Made by a program: the position numbers and the translations under genes. The notes under the pieces were generated by a model that was not told the DNA's origin, ran no database searches, and saw only the letters and a program-made list of their open reading frames with translations. From Nemertoderma westbladi (taxonomy: Eukaryota; Animalia; Xenacoelomorpha): a stretch of DNA of 38,602 nucleotides. The first letter of the stretch is position 1, and every line of letters begins with the position of its first letter. Positions 35,866-38,602 of this stretch are shown here, one piece after another. The stretch spans positions 1-38,602 of the forward strand of contig JAUCBJ010004401.1 in assembly GCA_032718475.1 (NCBI GenBank), read 5' to 3'.

Positions 35866-36874
35866 GACACGTTTTAATTATTAACCATATTTCGTAAGAT
35901 ATATTTCATCATCGTGTCTGCACGGTATTTCACATAGCGCCCCATTGGGTGATCTCCAGTGAATGTTTGGATTTGACCTGACCAAATTGGTTTACTACGG
36001 AAGATCCGCAGTGGGCACACCTGAGCGGGTGTGGGCCACTCGGACTAGGACTTTGTAATTATTTTGCAAATATTGGGACCATGCATTTTCTAACTTACAG
36101 GTTTCGTTGCATTGCTTGGATCAAACTTATCCTGTATTCTATAATGCGTGGTATTTTTTTACTCTCCGACATCGGTAGAGGTGAAGAGGAGTGTTGTTGG
36201 TCTGCCTCTGCGTCATTGGGGCGGGGGGGGGGGGGGGGGGGGTGTGTTGGGGCAAGTGTCAGATTCATCTATTCGTGTTGATGGTTGGTGAGGATTCTAC
36301 TTCTGGCTAGGTCTGGCCTAGAGTAGAAGCAGTTCCGCGGCAATAATAATTTTGCTCCTCAAAAGAGGGCCCTTACTGCATCAGGGACGCGTTTTTCGAC
36401 AGAGCCCCGTTAGCTGAAACAGCCAGTGCCGCTAGTCGGTGGGGTTGACTTGTTGACGAGAGGCTATTATGAGGCGCAATGGGATACGCATTGCGTATCT
36501 CCTTCTGTCAACCAATACTGGCCTAAGATATATTTTTAAACATTTATTTATTAATAATGCAATAACTGAATAACCAGATAACGGAAAGACAAATCGAATT
36601 GAAACTTTTAATTACTAATAATAATTGTGGTGAGAGGTGATTGGAAATCAAGCATATATGTTATGTTATGGTAGGCACAGGCAAATGAATTGATGTCTGT
36701 TGAGATGTATTGAAGGAGCGCTATTCCTCTACTAGACTACTACAGGTTAGGCCATGTCCTTGTGTGCTAGCCTAGGCACTGGCTTGGTCAATGACTTTAG
36801 CTTTAGCTGCCATTTTAGTAATGTACAACTTCAAGAAATATTATTGGGCACGGCTGCCCTTGTTCATGCCTTGT

Positions 36875-38602
36875 TGTCACACACACACATACACACACAG
36901 AGACTTTTGAAAAACGGCCATAGTATAATTACAGTATATCAGTTCGCTGATGGCTCGCCATTCGTGTCTCGCCCCACACAAAATACGCATTCACGCAAAC
37001 AAACAAGTAAAATTAGCCTCGAGATAGCGATAGTTTACGTGCTCGGGAGTCGGGATGAGAGCTTTCGATCATTTGCTCAGATTGGTGCTCGTGTGTCGGA
37101 GCGTATAGCTTGGACAGACTCACAGTCATACATGCATATTTATATATAACACTAGAAACCTTCTAGTTCACAAGCTTCTATACAGTCAATCAATCAATGG
37201 ACAATATCAAACATAAATAAATTAATTAATTAACTTAACAAAACTTTACATAAGTGAGCATTCTCTCAAACAAACAGACTGATGCCGCTTTAGTTGCAGC
37301 TACATACAATAATAAACATAAGGCTTTATGTTGTAATAGATAAATAATAAAATGGGAAAAGGTTTAAACTGTGTGATATTTTCCCCTAGTGGAAAACTGT
37401 ATAACTGCAGAGTAGTGGGCAGCGTCCTCGCAAACAACCTGTAGTGCAGTAGGTCACTGCAGCAACTCTATCGTATTAAAATGGAAGGTTGTAATTTCAG
37501 ACATTTCGCCCCCTAGTGACAGACTGCCTGCCAAGTGCCAAGTATCAGCAAAAAAGCATTCATAAACAACAAAATTGTAGGTTTCCTCATTCAGACATTT
37601 CATCCCCTAATAGCGGCAGACTGGGGAACTGTAGATTGGTCATCGTCTCCCCAAGCCCAAATACACACCCTTACGGTGTAGTATACTCTGCTTGGTATCA
37701 GCAAAAAAAACATTATAAACATATTGTGTAAAGGACCTAAGTATCAGCTAAAAATCATTATTAATAACAAAATAGGATACGATTTTCACTTTCAGACATT
37801 TCGCCTCCTAGTGGCAGACTGAAGAACCGCAAACTGGTCGACGTCCTCCCAACACGCAGCTATGGTCTGGTAGAATTTATTCTGCAAAGTGTCAGCAGAG
37901 TGGTTACGATGATGCTGTTATAATTTCCTGCTTGCTGATCAGTTAATTTCTCAGATAACAAAACAACTGCAGAATAATGCAATTTTACCTCAAAGACGCA
38001 TTCATGCAAGTATCAAGTAAATGTGTAAAATAATCAGCCTCGAGATAGCCTTTACAATTCATGTTCACCACGGGCTCAGGATGGTCTGCATCATATAGAT
38101 GAACGCACATGATAGAGTCAAGATCCAACTTGTAGGATGACGGACTGACGACCTGCTAGGCCTACCTCGCTAGCACCCATCCGGTACATTGCAAAATTGA
38201 ATAATTGAATCATTTTGTGTTTATGATTATAAACAATATGTGAACTGAAAAAAGCTAATCTAAGATTCACTGCTGGTTCTTACCAATGTAAGTCAAGAAC
38301 CAATCACAGTAGATCCTCTCCACTCTCCTGCTGGGTCCTATTTATTGAGATTACTACTTAACCAACCCAGCCTGCTGCAGGCCACCTATGATTGGTCTGC
38401 AAGTAGCTAGCTGCCTTGCTAACCGATGTATCATTCGCTCAGATTGGTGCTCTTTAGCTGAATATATTAATTTAGATTATGGCTTCCGACATTTATGGCT
38501 ACCGACACACACACACGTCACACACACACACACAGACTTTTGAAAAACGGCCATAGTATAATTATATCAGTTCGCTGATGGCTCGCCATACGTGTCTCGC
38601 CC
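36875..38602. repeat. Cluster of dispersed repeats, possibly non-autonomous Helitron-like
   Basis: 36876-36974 is repeated at 38517-38602; 37067-37090 recurs at 38430-38451; ttcagacatttcgccccctag-like units lie at 37496, 37590 and 37790. Confidence 0.55.

Noticed and set aside
35900-36470. GC-richer segment, possible promoter or LINE 5' end
   Set aside because: No interpretable ORF or motif, so neither call can be supported.
38284-38337. Possible upstream 54-nt phase-1 exon (PSRRVERIYCDWFLTYI)
   Set aside because: It has a gtaag donor but no polypyrimidine tract, lies among repeats and shows no domain signal.

Overview
AT-rich animal genomic DNA, probably a marine invertebrate (inferred from the TE complement), not prokaryotic. 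One large minus-strand gene runs through most of the window. Twelve clean GT-AG exons between 33109 and 1613 have compatible splice phases. They encode Cys-rich EGF-like modules, a C-type lectin domain (WIGL), two more EGF-like modules and two Ig-like domains. The 5' and 3' ends of the gene were not found. Two further candidate exons, one carrying the first half of the lectin domain, are disrupted by stops and apparent small insertions. The introns are packed with TEs: two RTE-type LINE families with (TAG)n tails, a CR1-group LINE with an unbroken 730-aa ORF, an APE+RT LINE, a CRE-type RLE fragment, hAT, mariner, Harbinger and CACTA-like non-autonomous elements, and minisatellites. The most striking structure is a nest at 14.4-20.6 kb: a CACTA-like foldback holds an RTE LINE, which is split by an IS3EU-like element (TATGG...CCATA termini, 6-bp TSD) with iteron-like subterminal arrays and two convergent truncated ORFs. 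All calls were read by eye; no database searches were run.
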